Assembly: GCA_002633005.1 (NCBI GenBank) | Contig: NMRA01001037.1 | Span: forward strand, 1,653-65,652 | Direction: 5' to 3' | DNA length: 64,000 bases | From: Phoronis australis | Taxonomy: Eukaryota > Animalia > Phoronida | Shown: in pieces, positions 1 to 13,832 of the stretch | Layout: each line of letters opens with the position of its first letter | How positions within the stretch are numbered: position 1 is the first letter of the stretch | Notes under the pieces: model-generated | What the model was told of the DNA's origin: nothing | What the model saw: only the letters and a program-made list of their open reading frames with translations | Database searches by the model: none | Position numbers and translations under genes: made by a program

Positions 1-3000
1 CGGTGAAAAGTGTACGAGCTTCATTGCTGTTACATGAAGACACACGTACCACCCCTGTATTTTTGAGAGGACGTACGGTTCCTTTCGCTCTACGCCAACG
101 CGGTGGAAAACAAGTTAGTTCGCATGGAAAACGAAGGTATTATCCGTAAGACAAACTATAGTGAATGGGCAACACTTCTCGTTTGTGTTCCCAAGCCGGA
201 CGGTACAGTACGTTTGTGCGGAGATTATAAGGTTACCGTGAACAAAGCGATTAAGATTGACCAATTCCCGATACCGACTCCTGAAGAAGTTCTCACCAAA
301 TTGGCTGGAGGACAACAGTACTCGAAAATTGACTTGATGTGCGCGTATCAGCAACTGTTGCTTGACGATCAAGCGAAAAGCTTAGTGACAATGAACACTC
401 ACAAGGGTCTGTTTGCGTACAATATACTCCCTTTTGGTATCGCGTCGCACCCTGCCATTTGGCAGCGTTTTATGGACCAGCTTCTAGCCGGTTTAACTGG
501 AACTTGCGGTATCATGGACGATATATTAGTAATTGGTAAAGATGACAAAGAACATTTGCATTTGCGTAACTTGCACAACTTATTCGCTCGGTTCACGCGT
601 CAAAGCCGACAAGTGTAGCCTCATGCAACCAAGTGAGGTATACATGGGCCGAAAAATTACCAGCAAGGGGCTCCAAACCACACACGACAAGGTGGAAGTG
701 ATTTGTAAAGCTCCGTCCCCGCGAAACGTAACCGAACTTCGGTCATGGCTTGGAATAGTTAATTTCCAAGTGCAGTTCATTCCGAACTTATCATCAATGA
801 TTCATCCCCTCAACGCGCTTTTTGGGGAAGGTTCCATTTAAATGGACAAACTCGTGCGAAGATGCATTTGATAAGTTCAAGGTCACATTAACGTCAAAAA
901 CCATCTTAGTACACTGCAATCCATCATTGCCTCTAGAGTTGGTCGTGGATGCATCTCCGTACGGACTCGGTGCGGCTCTCGTACACGTCTAAGACAATGA
1001 TGTGAGTAAACCTGTTGCTTACGCCTCACGCACGTTGGGTAAGTACGAACAAGGTTATGCCCAGTTGGATAAGGAAGCTTTGTCCATCATGTTTGAGTTG
1101 AAGCGCTTCCATACGTACCTCTACGGACGAAAGTTCACCATCTGTATTGATCGGAAACCCCTGGAACGAATCCTTAGTCCGAAAACGTCAATACCGACGC
1201 TCGCAGCACACCGTTTGCAACGATGGGCAGTAACATTGTTCGAATTCAGCTATGTCATACGTTACATTCCAGCGAAGCAGAATGCTATCGCGGACGCTTT
1301 GTCTTGTTAGCCTCTGCCGTCGGTGAGGGGAGATGAAGAAGAGATCAACTCCGTTGAATCAAAGGTTATTGAAAGCCTTTCAGTTACATGTAAGAAGATC
1401 AGTGAGGCTACGCGTACTGATCCACTGCTATCTCGAGTTCTACAATTTATGAAATTTGGGTGGCGTAGCGGTTTGGCAGACAAGGATTTTGAGCCGTTCC
1501 TGTCACGTCGTCAAGAGCTTACGGTAGAGAATGACTGCATCTTATGGGAAATGCGCGTCATCATTCCACCTAAGTACCAGCAAGCCGTACTCGAGGAACT
1601 GCACGATTCTCATGTGGGTATTGTTCGCATGAAGGAGATAGCGAGGAGTTTTGTGTGGTGGATAAACATAGATAAGAATATCATTAATCTTGTGAAACTT
1701 GTCATTTGTGCCAGCAGGTTAGGAATTTGTCTGCTGTTGCCCCTCTGATGCCTTGGGTGTGGCCAAGTAGGCCCTGGCACAGAGTGCATGCAGATTTCGC
1801 TGAGAAAGATGGAAATCATTTCCTAGTAGTGATCACTAATGCTCACTCAAAGTGGCCGGAAATCATACATTTGAAAAGCACTACCGCAGGTTCTACTATT
1901 TGTGAATTGCGTGAGTTGTTTAGCAAGTATGGGCTTCCAGTCCAATTAGTCAGCGATAACGGGCCACAGTTTATAAGTAATGAGTTTCAACACTTTTTGA
2001 AACTCAACGCAGTGAAACAAGTGTTAGTGGCACCATGCCATGCGGCTAGCAATGGTGCAGCAGAAAGAATGGTGCAATCTTTCAAAAATTCACTGAAGGC
2101 GAGTAAGTTTAGTGGAAGGTCGGTTGATCAACGTATTGCGAGTTTCCTCTTGTCATACCGATCTACAAAACATGCCACCACGGGTCTTTCACCAGCACAG
2201 TTGTTCCTCGGACGCGGACTCAGAACGCGTTTATCTGCAATTCGACCAGATATCGAAACCAAAGTTTCGCATAGTCAGCTGTCGCAAAAGTTGAATCACG
2301 ACTCCAAGATGGGACTTCGTGAATTCATGATAGGTGAGGAAGTGTTGGTGAAAGATTTCCATGTGAAGGAGAAATGACGGCCTGGTACTGTTATCGCGGA
2401 AAGACCAGGTCCTAAGTCGTACGTGGTGTTATTGAGTGACGCAAGAGAGTGGAAAAGGCACATGGATCAGATGAGGTTGTCTCGTCACGGCGTGAAACCA
2501 AAGATTGTGGCTAAGCCGGCATCAGAGTCGGATACAAAATCTGCTATATTGCCACAACCGGATAGTGATCTAGTGCCGGAAGTTACCCCGGAATCGCAGG
2601 ATCCATCGTCTACGGACACGATGTCTGAACCGTCATCTGGTGTTCCGCATGCACCAGATAAGAGTGAACCAAGTGACACTTTGATCATCCCAGAACCGAT
2701 GCCGCCTCCGACCGATAAGTAGAATATTTCTTAGCAACCCGATAAGATGACTCAATCGCTTAGAAGATCGACTCGGACACACCGGAGTCCAAAACGTTTG
2801 GATTCGGGATTGTAGTTAAGACATTTACCACTAGTAATAGTAACTATCACTTATTCACCTAAGAACTCTTAGCAAAGACTCTTGCTTAATATACCAAACT
2901 TTGTTTTACACCCGGGTTATTTGACGATGTAGTTTCTTTTAAGCTATCGTTGAAGTAGTTTCTTATTTTAGCTGGCACTCCATTTCTTCAACTAGGAGGG

Positions 3001-3152
3001 AGGAGTGTGATGTTTTTATGCCTTTAGTTTTGGTCTCGCATATACGATACTTAGACGAGAGTTGTAAGAAAGCGTTGTTGTAACGCAAGCCGCCATATTG
3101 GAATAGATTTAGATTTTATCATAAGCTGAGTTTTTATATGCCTCGTACTACA
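1..3152 (+). mobile_element. Decayed Ty3/Gypsy LTR retrotransposon, 3' part (RT, RNase H, integrase, PPT, 3' LTR), antisense in intron 2 of MFS copy A
   Basis: Frameshifted pol: RT VRLCGDYKVTVN...LPFGIAS...IMDDIL (103-618); RNase H DASPYGLGA and PVAYASRTL...YAQLDKEAL; integrase LHDSHVGIVRMK, PWHRVHADF, LVSDNGPQF, SNGAAERMV. Polypurine tract AGGAGGGAGGAG at 2994-3005 is followed by TG at 3006. The CA at 3151-3152 is the probable LTR end, because downstream sequence realigns with the paralogous intron near 16293. Confidence 0.93.
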
Positions 3153-3287
3153 TAAAATATAACACTTACAAAGTGATGGGGTACCTAAGTCTGACTAACT
3201 GGTGTACAGCGTGGTCTGAGATACAGCAACATATAGAAAATGCACCAGTACATGTTTGTCCTACGCGGGATATTATTGTAGCCTTAC

Positions 3288-3368
3288 CTGTGACATGCCT
3301 TCGTAGTTCGTATTCACTCTCTCAATCAGATCAAGCATCGAAGTACCCAAAATCTTTGAGGTCATACC
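3288..3368 (-). CDS. MFS transporter (MFSD4/NaGLT1-like) copy A, exon 2
   Basis: AG/GT-bounded 81-nt exon GMTSKILGTSMLDLIERVNTNYEGMSQ; same length and near-identical to 16420-16500 and 30608-30688. Confidence 0.88.
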
Positions 3369-5093
3369 CTGAAGAAAAACATTTTCATCGTGGCATATTG
3401 TAACTCACAGCACTGAAATACAGTAATAGGGTGGAATCAGTTTCGACAATGAAGGCGTGATTTGCGGTTTATGGTTAAAGAGATTGGCTAAAATGTGTCA
3501 TGTGAGATATTTTCAACACAACAAATTACGATACTAATGTAAAACATTTTCAGTCCTGCTGTGTCACACAGCGTAGTGAACAAAGATTAGAAAGTGTAAA
3601 ACACTTCACAATGAATAAAATGCATTAAAGGACGTGAAAAAATGGATATTGTATAACAATTTCAAGCTCCCTACGGATTTCATCAAAAACAATATTTTTA
3701 CCCATGTAAAATCTATCGAGGCTTTTCATAACATACTTCAGTAAAACTAAACCAGCCTTAATTACCCAATGTCACGCGCGGATTGAAGTTGGTAAGGACA
3801 CACTTTCTGACAGAAGGGCTTATTCAAAAAAGGGAAGGCCAGGCGAGAAATGGTAAAGACGGGGTTGTTAAAGTACGTTATTGTTTCATTTATTATCACG
3901 CTATTACAAAAATCACTGCGGATCGATGTATTGAATGAGGGCCGAACCATAATTTTATGTGAAAGTCCTGGATTTTCGTGCGGCAGTGCGGCAGTACGTC
4001 TTCAGTAAATTACTGTGGCAGCACAGTGGGTGGAATATTTTGGCTGTTTCATGCGATGCTAGAATAACATTCAATTACGCGATCTGAAACCGGAAGAGAA
4101 ACGAAGGCCCGTCTTTCTCATACATTTTAAAGAAACGTATTTAGCGTGAAACTTAATGTCCTGTGCTTTCGTGCAAGGCCCTTAGCACAGTGTCCGTAAA
4201 GTGCAAGCGACGCGATAATCTCGTCCAGTAACGGGATCTGATACTGCACAATGAAAAGAAAGCCCATAATCCCCACTGGAAAGGACACCGCTCTTCCCAT
4301 TTCCTTTATTCTTCCCATTTTAAGCCCATCTGAAGGTCATAGTTCCCATCGGTAGTATGAGCTCCACATTGGATAATACAGCGTGTAAATGTATCAGAAG
4401 TCAACAAATGCTGGACGTGCAAAGCAGTGTCCCGTGGCTTTTATTCACAATCATTATGCTATTTGTGAAAACGACAGAATACACAACGCACTAAATGTGT
4501 TTTCAAAATATTTAATGGAATCTAATTCCAACACAGGTGATCAAGAAATGTATAAGCCCTTTCTAAGCGTACGATTGTCGCATTCGACACATGGCCGGCA
4601 TTGACAGATATTCGGATGTTTAGTCATGACCTATCTGCTACAAATATGACGCGATTTGAACCAACAAACAGGAATGGGAATGCATACTCACATCACATTT
4701 TCAACATTTTTGGATGTCTTGGATTTTTTTTTTGCTTTTCACGTAACAATGGGGGCAATTTAGCAATTGAAATTTTTACAAAAATACATATTCCAATTAA
4801 TCGGTGTGCCAAGACAACGGTTGCACCTATTGTATATACTCAGAGAGTTGAAAAGTATGACGATTGACCAGGTCCATAGCTAGGAAAATCTGGCGTGATT
4901 GTTATTAAGTTTTAATTTTGGCATCTTAATATTATTTCATGGGACCAAAACGTCAAAATAACGTCTTGCTAAACAGGCGATTGTCGCCCGGACGACAGCA
5001 TGCGACGGTGTTCACAGCATTTATTGGGCGACAATATATATGTCATAGCAGCCCTGACTTACCTACAACATCTCGCAAAAATTAAAAACTTAC

Positions 5094-5273
5094 AACGCAG
5101 GCGTATACGACAAAGAGAACAGCGGTCTTGGAGTAACGATATCTGTTGGAAAGGTGGTAATCCCTGGTTTCTTTGACTTCGTCCTTTTGTGACGTTAAGT
5201 CTTTGGTAATGTTTCCATTGACATCTGCATTTGAATTTGCCATTGTGTCAGTCGGTCTGAAACTGTCAGCCAT
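5094..5273 (-). CDS. MFS transporter (MFSD4/NaGLT1-like) copy A, exon 1; exons 3-4 presumably lie left of the window
   Basis: MADSFRPTDTM...YRYSKTAVLFVVYACV followed by a GTAAG donor; paralogous to 20682-20831 and 32254-32433. Confidence 0.85.
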
Positions 5274-5628
5274 GACGTTTCTAGGGCCCAAGACTGAGGT
5301 GGAGGGTTCAACGTGAACGCAAAGATTTTATAGCTAATCGAGAGGTCAAGTGACAACTCTAGGCCTCTTTTAACGCATGAACCCAAACTATTATATCAAT
5401 TGTAAGTGTGATATTTGCACACTCTGTCGGTAACAAAGATTACAGATAAACTTCTCAAGGGACAATGACCTCCTTTAATTAACTTATTCAGTTCTTGAAA
5501 CTCATCGGTTTATATCGTTGTTATATGAAAGATCTGAAGATATTTAGTCGCTGCAACCGGGTTAAAATAATTAATTGGATCAGTTTAGACGAATTTTTGT
5601 ATGGGCATCTGTCATCAGCTGCCATGTC

Positions 5629-5789
5629 CAGAGGCGGATTTAAAGGGGGGCAAAGGGGGCCATGGCCCCTAAAATTCTCCCAGACTCCATTAGGCAATTC
5701 TGGGGTGCGAATGTCTGATGGGCAAAATCCTGGCTAATACTCTGCCCTGCCCTGCCCCCCCCCAACTCAAAATCGTGGAACCGCCCCTG
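5629..5789 (+). mobile_element. MITE family 1 (CAG[A/T/G]GGCGGA...TCCGCCCCTG-type TIRs), 161 bp
   Basis: Terminal inverted repeats; exact 5-bp TSD ATGTC (5624-5628 and 5790-5794); the paralogous position near 21210 is an empty site. Confidence 0.9.
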
Positions 5790-7336
5790 ATGTCTCCTAA
5801 ACCACTTTGCAGGTCTTCATTAGAGTTGGTAAATGTGTTTCTATGAAGCTGACGCCAAACGGCGACTTGATTAGGAACGATGCGACCACCACCGCGCCTC
5901 CTAGAGGCAATTTATGTTGTTTTCATTTGCTTTTGTATCCTTGTGATTACTTGACGAAGATTTTTTTCATGAAGTTTGGAAAATTTGGAAAATACGTTTT
6001 ATCAAAGAGTGGAGGACGCTTTCAGATTTTTGTCCGGATTCGGGGTGTTCCGCGCCACCTGGTATCCATTTTCATTATTTTCGAGTCCTGTCTTCCCTCC
6101 CGACTCTCCATCTGACATAGTGTTTGACGGATCGTTAGGGAAATTGGTAGATGTGTTAGTACTGAGGAGAACACGGCTGGCTTTGCTGATCGAACGAGTC
6201 GCTCTTTTATGATGCCCCGCAGTTTCAAACATCCTTGTAGGCATATCGTTTGCTGTGCAGTACGGTGGACGTATTTCAATGCTTTCCGATGCTCTCAATG
6301 TCATGAGTGACCTAAAAATCTTGTAAAGTTTGGTAATATCACGCAAGATAACGCTTTAGCAAGACGTAAACATTGTTACACTTCCACAATTGCGGCAGTT
6401 AAACTTACTTTAAACAGGCAATGTTTCTCTGCAGCCAGTTCAATCATCAGCATGATGACGTTATCTCAGCATGTTGAATACTTTAGTTTTAAAAACAACC
6501 ATTTCCACCGATTGCTCAACTGGGCTTCCCGTCCTTATGCCGGAGACGAATCTCTTCTCTGTTGGCAGCAACTGGAAGGTTTCATCTCGTGAGACATTTC
6601 ATCTCACTGATTTCGCTGATCTAATTTTTGGTGGACCAGTCTTCTCCGCCTGCAAGGAGGAATGCTGGCTAAGTATAGGTTGTCCGTAGCAAAGTTTCAC
6701 TGCCTCTATGGATGCTGTGAGGCCAATGATACTGTGGTCGTCTACCAGGATATTCTCCTCCAGCGTCTTACTAGAAGTGCTCCCGACAGCTCCTAATCCT
6801 TATCCCTGAAGTCACTTCATTATTCCCTGATGAATTTTCACTCCTCTCTGGTTCTTCCGAACCTTGCCACAAACGTTACATACATTCGTTGAAGTGTTGT
6901 TACCGTTGGTAATCTGTCATTGGGTTCATCTTCAATCCCGCCACTCGGAGAACCATCTGGTTACGTTTCCTTGTGGTTACTAGCAGCAAAAATAAAGGGT
7001 GTCCTCCCATGGAGAACCTTGGTATTGGACTGCTAAGTCTTCCAACCCGTCGGTCTTTCCTTGACGTCATTCGTCTTTCCGTACGTCACTCGTCTCTCCG
7101 AGTCACTGGACTACATCAGATCTTAGACGTTCTTTGAACAGGTGATGTTTCTCTGCTCCTCCGTCAATCATCAGCAATATGACATCTTCTCAGTAAGTTT
7201 CGGCCTTTCACTTGAACACGCTCCAACGTTAGACCTCCGAAGTTGATCAAGCTCTGGTTTTACGAGGATTCTGTCACTGTTTGGTCTTCTAGAACCACCT
7301 CCACTATCCGTTGCAGCAGCTACTGACTTCCTTGCA

Positions 7337-7800
7337 TCAGCAAAACTGGTGCGGTTTTATGACAACAGAGTGAACATTGTACTCATACAGACTGGTTATG
7401 ACAAATGCAAAGATTCCTCTTGCTTGGTCAGTAAGTGGTACATGCCAATAACCTTTTAACAAATCAATCTTGGTGGTGAAGAATGTGACACCTTCCGTTT
7501 TTGGTATGAATACAATCAATTGGAAATGAATCTGTCTTGGCAATAGCATTTACTTTACGGTAATCGGTGCAAAATCTTACGCTGGCATCATGTTCAGGCA
7601 TAAGGACACAAGGTGAGGAACGAATGTCCGGAATTACTAAGCCCTGATGTATAAATATTAATTCTCTCATTTGTGATCGCCGCCTAGTGTCTACGTCAGA
7701 CAACTTGGCATCAGTGTTCTCAAGAACTTCACAGAAGGTCAATTTAAAAGGGTCCACCTCAGGTTTAAAAGTGGTGTTCACCGTGGTCTTCATTATTCTT
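7337..7800 (-). mobile_element. Gypsy reverse transcriptase fragment
   Basis: SSPCVLMP...VRFCTDYRKVNAIAKTDSFPI and, after a frameshift, TKIDLLKGYWHVPLTDQARGIFAFV, typical of Gypsy RT N-terminal motifs. Confidence 0.85.
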
Positions 7801-9719
7801 CATAATCACAAATTCAATGACATGGTTGCTATTAATCCAAAGGTTTCTGAAGAACAAGATGAAAAATCAACTGTGATTAAGCAGTAGTCAGTCAGGCGAT
7901 TGTCTTCCGTCGGTGTAGTGCCCAATTTTCTGTACGGTGTTTAAAGTAAATAAAATTATACTAACTCAAGATTGGATTTTCACAAGTAAATGATTTCTAC
8001 ACAAAGCACACAAGAATATCTGTATTCAGATTCGTTTTTTTTTTGCTTAACCAAAATTTAAAGTTTCGTGTAAGCTCAGTGTGAGCCTAATTGCTAGGTG
8101 ACTTGGTCACGGTGTGGTCAATGTTTACTAGCTAGTCATTGTTAAATTTACATGTTTTGAACTCCAGGTAGCAAAACTTAGAACTTTACGGAAAGACGTC
8201 TGCACACTCTAATTGGTTTTTAATCCTGCTGAAGTGCTACGCTTGTCACCAAAGACGACACAGTGTTCTCCAACAATAACGAAACGTCAGTTTTTTTTGC
8301 AAGACTCAAAACCACATTTCATTAGGTGAAAGGTGAGACCATTTTTACAGCGGTAACTAGTCTAAATCAAAAATTAGTTTATCGACTGAACGCGAGTGAA
8401 TAGCCGTGTCAGAATAAATTTCGAGTATGTAATTAGTAGAGTAACTTCCGTTTAAGTTGTCCATAATTTGTACATATGTACTTTTAAAACCAAGAGGTCA
8501 AACATGTTCACTTGTATTTTGATATTAATATCTATTCTTAGACGCTGTTTACCTTTTTGGTTCCGGTGTCATTGCACTGTAACGATTCTAGAAATTTCTG
8601 AAATCAGATCGTAACAGCCATTGATATGATTATATAAGATCATTTGGTTTATATTAACCAATCGTTAAGAAAGTGCATTATTATAATTTGGGCAGAAGTC
8701 TGGAAAATAGTCAGATAGAGTTTGGGAGTTGAAGCTATAGGTCGTGCTTCAGTGTACAGAAGACACTGTACAACAGAGTCATCCCGTGGATTGGGGGATA
8801 GAAAAGCGGGCGATAAAAACATAAATACGAAATGGCCAACAAGTGAAGCGAAATTCGTCGTGTCTGTCCGAAAATTTTAAGGAGATGTCGTCTCTTTAAT
8901 AGTAAATTCTTTGCCATTTTTAATGAAAATCCATCAGAAAACTCCAAAGGTACATTGGCAAAAGTAAAACTGCCTCTAATGACAGAGCGATACTTTGATC
9001 GGCGTAGAATTCGTCGTCGTCTGTCGACAGCTTCATAGGGACACATCTGCAGGCCACTTACGAGATACAGCAGCGGGCGCAGGACTTCCGGACTGACATG
9101 ACGACAATATGCACCCACGTGTAAATAAGTGGACACATAAAAAGGCCGTCTTTATTAAAACATGTAATTACCCGCCGCCCTTTCCTCACTCCTCAGACAT
9201 AGTTAGGTATGAAAATGTTCATTGTTTTTCATTTGAAAGTTGAAATGGCATCCTTTATTTCATTGTTGAAAACAACATCGTCAAATGCAATTTACAACTA
9301 CAAGTGTATAAAGAAACGATTAGTTTGTCACAAGAGGGAATAAAAGGTGACAAATTTTGCATGATACAATATGTGAACGCTTTATTAGGAACGCTGGTTT
9401 GATATATTGAAAAAGTGTTCCAACAAAACATGAGCCATAAATTTCCAGACGGCGTTCATATCATAATTAACGAATACATTTTTCAGTATATTTCACCATA
9501 CATCACTGACGCTGGAAAAGTTTTATATATCTGTATCTTTTCCATTTGCACTTTAATCGTTTTATGATTTAGCACAGAATACCAAGTATGAGCATCTTAT
9601 TTTTTCTATAACCTGTAATACAAGAATAGCATCCGGTGCTTCGCCATCAACTGAAAAAATAAGTCTGTTTGCAGGAGACCCACAACAGCAATTATTTGGC
9701 AAATCGTATTTGAAGCCAT

Positions 9720-10762
9720 CTAAGTCTCGTCACAAATCACAACTTCGTTCACAACATCATCCGTTTCCACTGCACGTGCTCGTCTTTTCGCGCGTTCTTT
9801 CCTGTCTCCTCTCCAGCAGCCGGCTGAGTACATAAGCAGTGTGAAAAATGTTGCGAAGGCAACGCTAACAAAAGCGAAATAGAGAATATACTGCGGACCG
9901 TGATACTGAAGCAGAATACCAGAAATCAACTGACCAGAAAGCCCACCCACTGCTAAGCTGATGTCAAAGAGCGCACAGAGAATTCCGGAAACAACAATGT
10001 AGTTGTTCAAGAAAGACAGACCCGCTGGTATGGTTGGTCCCTGAAAGAAACCTGAAGAAACAGCGAACACCCAAAGATGTATTCTGCTATTTGTACCCAA
10101 GTAGCATAGGCATCCCCAGCAAATCGTCGTGCTCAGCAAAAAAGGTAAAAACGTGTACTGTATAGAAACGCAAAAACTCAAAACTGATACAAGTGCGCGA
10201 CTTGCACATTGCGCCAGTGCCTGCATCGAATCCAACAAGGCTGCATCCTGCTTTGAAGCCGCTAACCCGCTCTCCACGGCATATGTCATTAAATACCCGT
10301 TCAGCACTTCCTCCGAACTTCTCGCACAATACGTATATAGTATAATACCGACACACATGAAAGTTCCGAAGAAACAATTCCCTTCAGCACATGACCCTGG
10401 GTTTAAGAGAGCCCTAATTGAGGTGCTTTGCTTTTTCTTCGCTTTTTTCACTGTTTTGTCAGTTTTCTTCAAATGCAATAAGGCAAACGCGATGCTAGTA
10501 GACGCAAAAATTCCACCAATTATGCCATATGGTATTTCAATTCGCGAAGGCTTCCAGTTGGCATCTTCAGTCGTTGCATTTCGTTCCGGCAACTCTGTGA
10601 CTTCATATCCGGTTGCATTATTCTCACCTTGGTTGAGAGATCCTAAGAAGGGTAACATAAGTAACGAAGCAGCGAACATGCCGATTGTTGAGACACAGTA
10701 TGCAGCGTTGAGCACAACCGATGCTTTTGTCGTCCACAAACGCAGAAATGCGTAATTGCAAG
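9720..10762 (-). CDS. MFS transporter (MFSD4/NaGLT1-like) copy B, exon 4 (terminal, phase 1)
   Basis: TTTTAG acceptor; open for about 346 aa to TAG; many hydrophobic TM segments; SRIEIPYGIIG and YLMTYAVES resemble MFSD4-family motifs. Confidence 0.92.
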
Positions 10763-13669
10763 CTAAAACAAAGGATACAGATCGGATGTCACGCCCATTG
10801 CTGTTTTAGGTAAAGTATTTAGTAAGAGGTTAGTGTGAAATAGCAGCTCGTGTTTTTTAATATGTTTTCCAGAACACGCTTTGGAAAGGGTGTACCCCTG
10901 GCCGGGACTGAAATGGTCGCAGCCTCTTGCCTGATGAAAGGACACTGTGTTTTATGGCTAAACCAATGCAATCAACTGGCATATAACCGCACATATACTC
11001 AGTTTGCCTAGTCAACTGATGATCTTCCTCACCAACAAGTAAAAATTTGTTCAACTGTGGGTGAGATATTGCAAATGGGTCTATCTTCATAAGCCACTTA
11101 ACCAGTCGAGTTCCAGTACTCGTGTTAAATTATTAGCATCGTTGCTACGACTAGGCGTTCGACACAGGGGGATTTGGGCCCATTTCAGCGCTCTCTACTA
11201 CAGAGGGATAAACGAGTTCTTACCACTTGCCGCAAAACTCATACCACAAATCTAAACCCTCCACAAAACATTTTCCGTAAATTGGCAAAATTAGCACAAA
11301 ATTCTTACGTGGGAAGAAAAGCCGAAACCACACAAATGCCAGTTTTATCATTTTTAAAAGATGCTGAAATCTCAGACCTGCAGTCTTTTAGCATTTGTGC
11401 TGAGTTTGTTTCGACATTCAGGATGCTTTGTAGATTGTATCGCGAGTCTGCTTCTTATGTCAGAGAGCCGTAGGGAGCGGGGGTCGGGGGGGGGGCTAAT
11501 GCCCCCAAAAAAATTCAGGCGTCAGGGTTAAACCGTGGCAAATGACATAGGCGTGGGGCCTTGGACAGTCAGGAAAAGAAACACTGGGAAATACGGATAA
11601 GAGGGAAAGTTCAAGAGAACATTTTACAACTCTGTATCAGTACATGGTGTACCTTTTGAGGACCCTGGCCAGGACATTGTTGTTGGGGTCTCTGCTTTTA
11701 CAGCACAGGTCGTCTAAACGCTCTTGAAAACGTGCCCGTAATCATTCATACATACATTTCAAAAATTCGAGAAAATTTGTAAAGCGAGGCTTTTGCGGAG
11801 CGTACTAATTCAATTTTGCGAAAGCAAAACTATATTTTCCCAGAGGCAGTTCTCTGGCAAGGAATAACGGAGACAACTTTCGCTTGATGTTTTTTTTTCT
11901 CTAAGTTGTATATCATTTGAGAAAAATTGATTACCTGACAGATAACATCAATTGCTGCGCATTTCCTAATTTTTGAAAATATAGTGGCCACCCTTTTTGC
12001 ATTTTTATTGAGAAATTCGTAAGGGGCCTCTCACGGAAAGAGGGCACAATGTTGAAATCGATTATCTCTATTTTCCTGTTTTTGTGAAATCGTGCAACCC
12101 GCTTTCATGTTGAAGAAGGTCACTTCCTACACCGTCTTGTGACCACACGACGGTGGAATGAACTGTCACGCTTTTCCAAGCTTAATGATGTTTAGCCTTT
12201 CATCTTAAGGTGCCCCATTTCATACAGGACCCTCTCTCGGTGGAGCAGTTCGGGGGAAATGTCCCCTTGTCCCTCTACACATGAAAATCCGACACTGCAA
12301 AGTGTTCACGAGGGCAGTTGAGATTCCAAATTCATCAAGACATTCGACCCAAACAACCAAAAAATGTGAACAAAATATAATACAATTGACCGCCATCGAA
12401 AGGGTGGAATTCTGAAGAACGTGAAACCCGCTATTTGTAAATTACATAAAAGGACTATTTCCGATAGTGAGTAATAGTGATAATGATGTTACTGTTTCCA
12501 ATAGTATCACAAGAATAGTATCTCTTTTGAAGATGGTTACTATGAGTTGTTTGTAAGGAATTCTCACAAGAGGAAACACTGCTGTCTAAGCTACTATTTG
12601 TGATGACCGTGTACATGTCGAAAGGGGGTACTCAAAGAACTCTCGCAATCATGAACAAAGATTTCAGCGTGTTTTTTTTTTTGTAAGTAGAGTTCAAGTT
12701 TACCTCGTGAACCGTTATAGGTACCTCTGAAATGAGCAAAAATACACCTCAGTACGAATGTCCCATCCATGTTCCCCCGGTTACACGTGTTAAAAATCTG
12801 CGAACATGGCTGCGGAAATTGCATATAACATTCCGTTTTGATAAAAAATTCGTTGATTTCTGATTTACTTGTTTATGCATCTACGAAAATCGATAGATTC
12901 ATAGATGATCTTTGACCATTAGAAGCTAATCTTGTAAAAATTGATGATTTTTCAGTGAATTTAGTTGCAGACTGAAGTTGCAAAAACTATAATCCGATCC
13001 CCAAATAGTAAAGTACACTTAGACAGACGATTTTTGCCTATCTAAAATAACTCTCAAATATATTGATGAAATTCGGAATCACAAACCGTAGATCGAAAAA
13101 GTTTTAAAAGTCTTAAAATAAATAAAATTAAACTCATTGCTTGGAAAGGTTGTCTTTGAACTCTCTTGGTGTTTTTAGTTTCCAGTAGTATTGCGCAATG
13201 AATTTTTGTTCTTCAAAACTGAATTTTTGATTGCCCTGATTCCCGTGTACGTCATGTCTGCCGCACCCACGTTAAAAATAAGATGTAGCCGTGCAGTAGG
13301 CCTGCGCAGAATCTAAGTGATCCACGGGAACTGAACTCCAGGCGTTGAAGTGAGTATTTTGGGACACACTCTGTATCATTTTCCCCACAAACCAGAAACT
13401 GGAGTGCCGGAAATGTTTCAACGAGAGATTTTGAAACGGTCCCAAAGGCACTGTATACCAGGGACCTCGGGACCTCGCCTTTTCAAAAAACTCCTTCAAA
13501 GAATGACCATAATAAAAATTAATAAGGTTTTCCCGAAACTGGATCACAATAAAGCGAATCTTGACCTTAGAGCCAGCGCAGACGGATATGTGCGAGCTAA
13601 GCTGCCTGTCTCAAGGTGACCAGTTTTCATCGGGAATTTCGTATTTTGACACTGTTAGACCTCAGCTAC

Positions 13670-13832
13670 CAGGGGCGGATCCAGGATTTTGGGTTGGGGG
13701 GCGAGGCAGAGTACGAGCCAGGATTTCGCCCGTCAGACATTTGCAACCTCGTACTGCCAAATGGAACCTGGGAGAATATTAGGGGGGCCATGACTGACAT
13801 GACCCCCTTGTCCCCCCTTAAATCCGCCACTG
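13670..13832 (-). mobile_element. MITE family 1, reverse orientation
   Basis: CAGGGGCGGATCC...AAATCCGCCACTG; flanks GCTAC/GATAC (5-bp TSD with one mismatch). Confidence 0.88.

Noticed and set aside
10129-10755. 208-aa plus-strand ORF (also 25428-26054)
   Set aside because: Antisense shadow of the transporter exon; broken in the paralog.
10875-10945. Hammerhead- or tRNA-like GGGACTGAAATGGTCG...CTGATGAAAGG
   Set aside because: Core elements are out of order or too degenerate; no cloverleaf.
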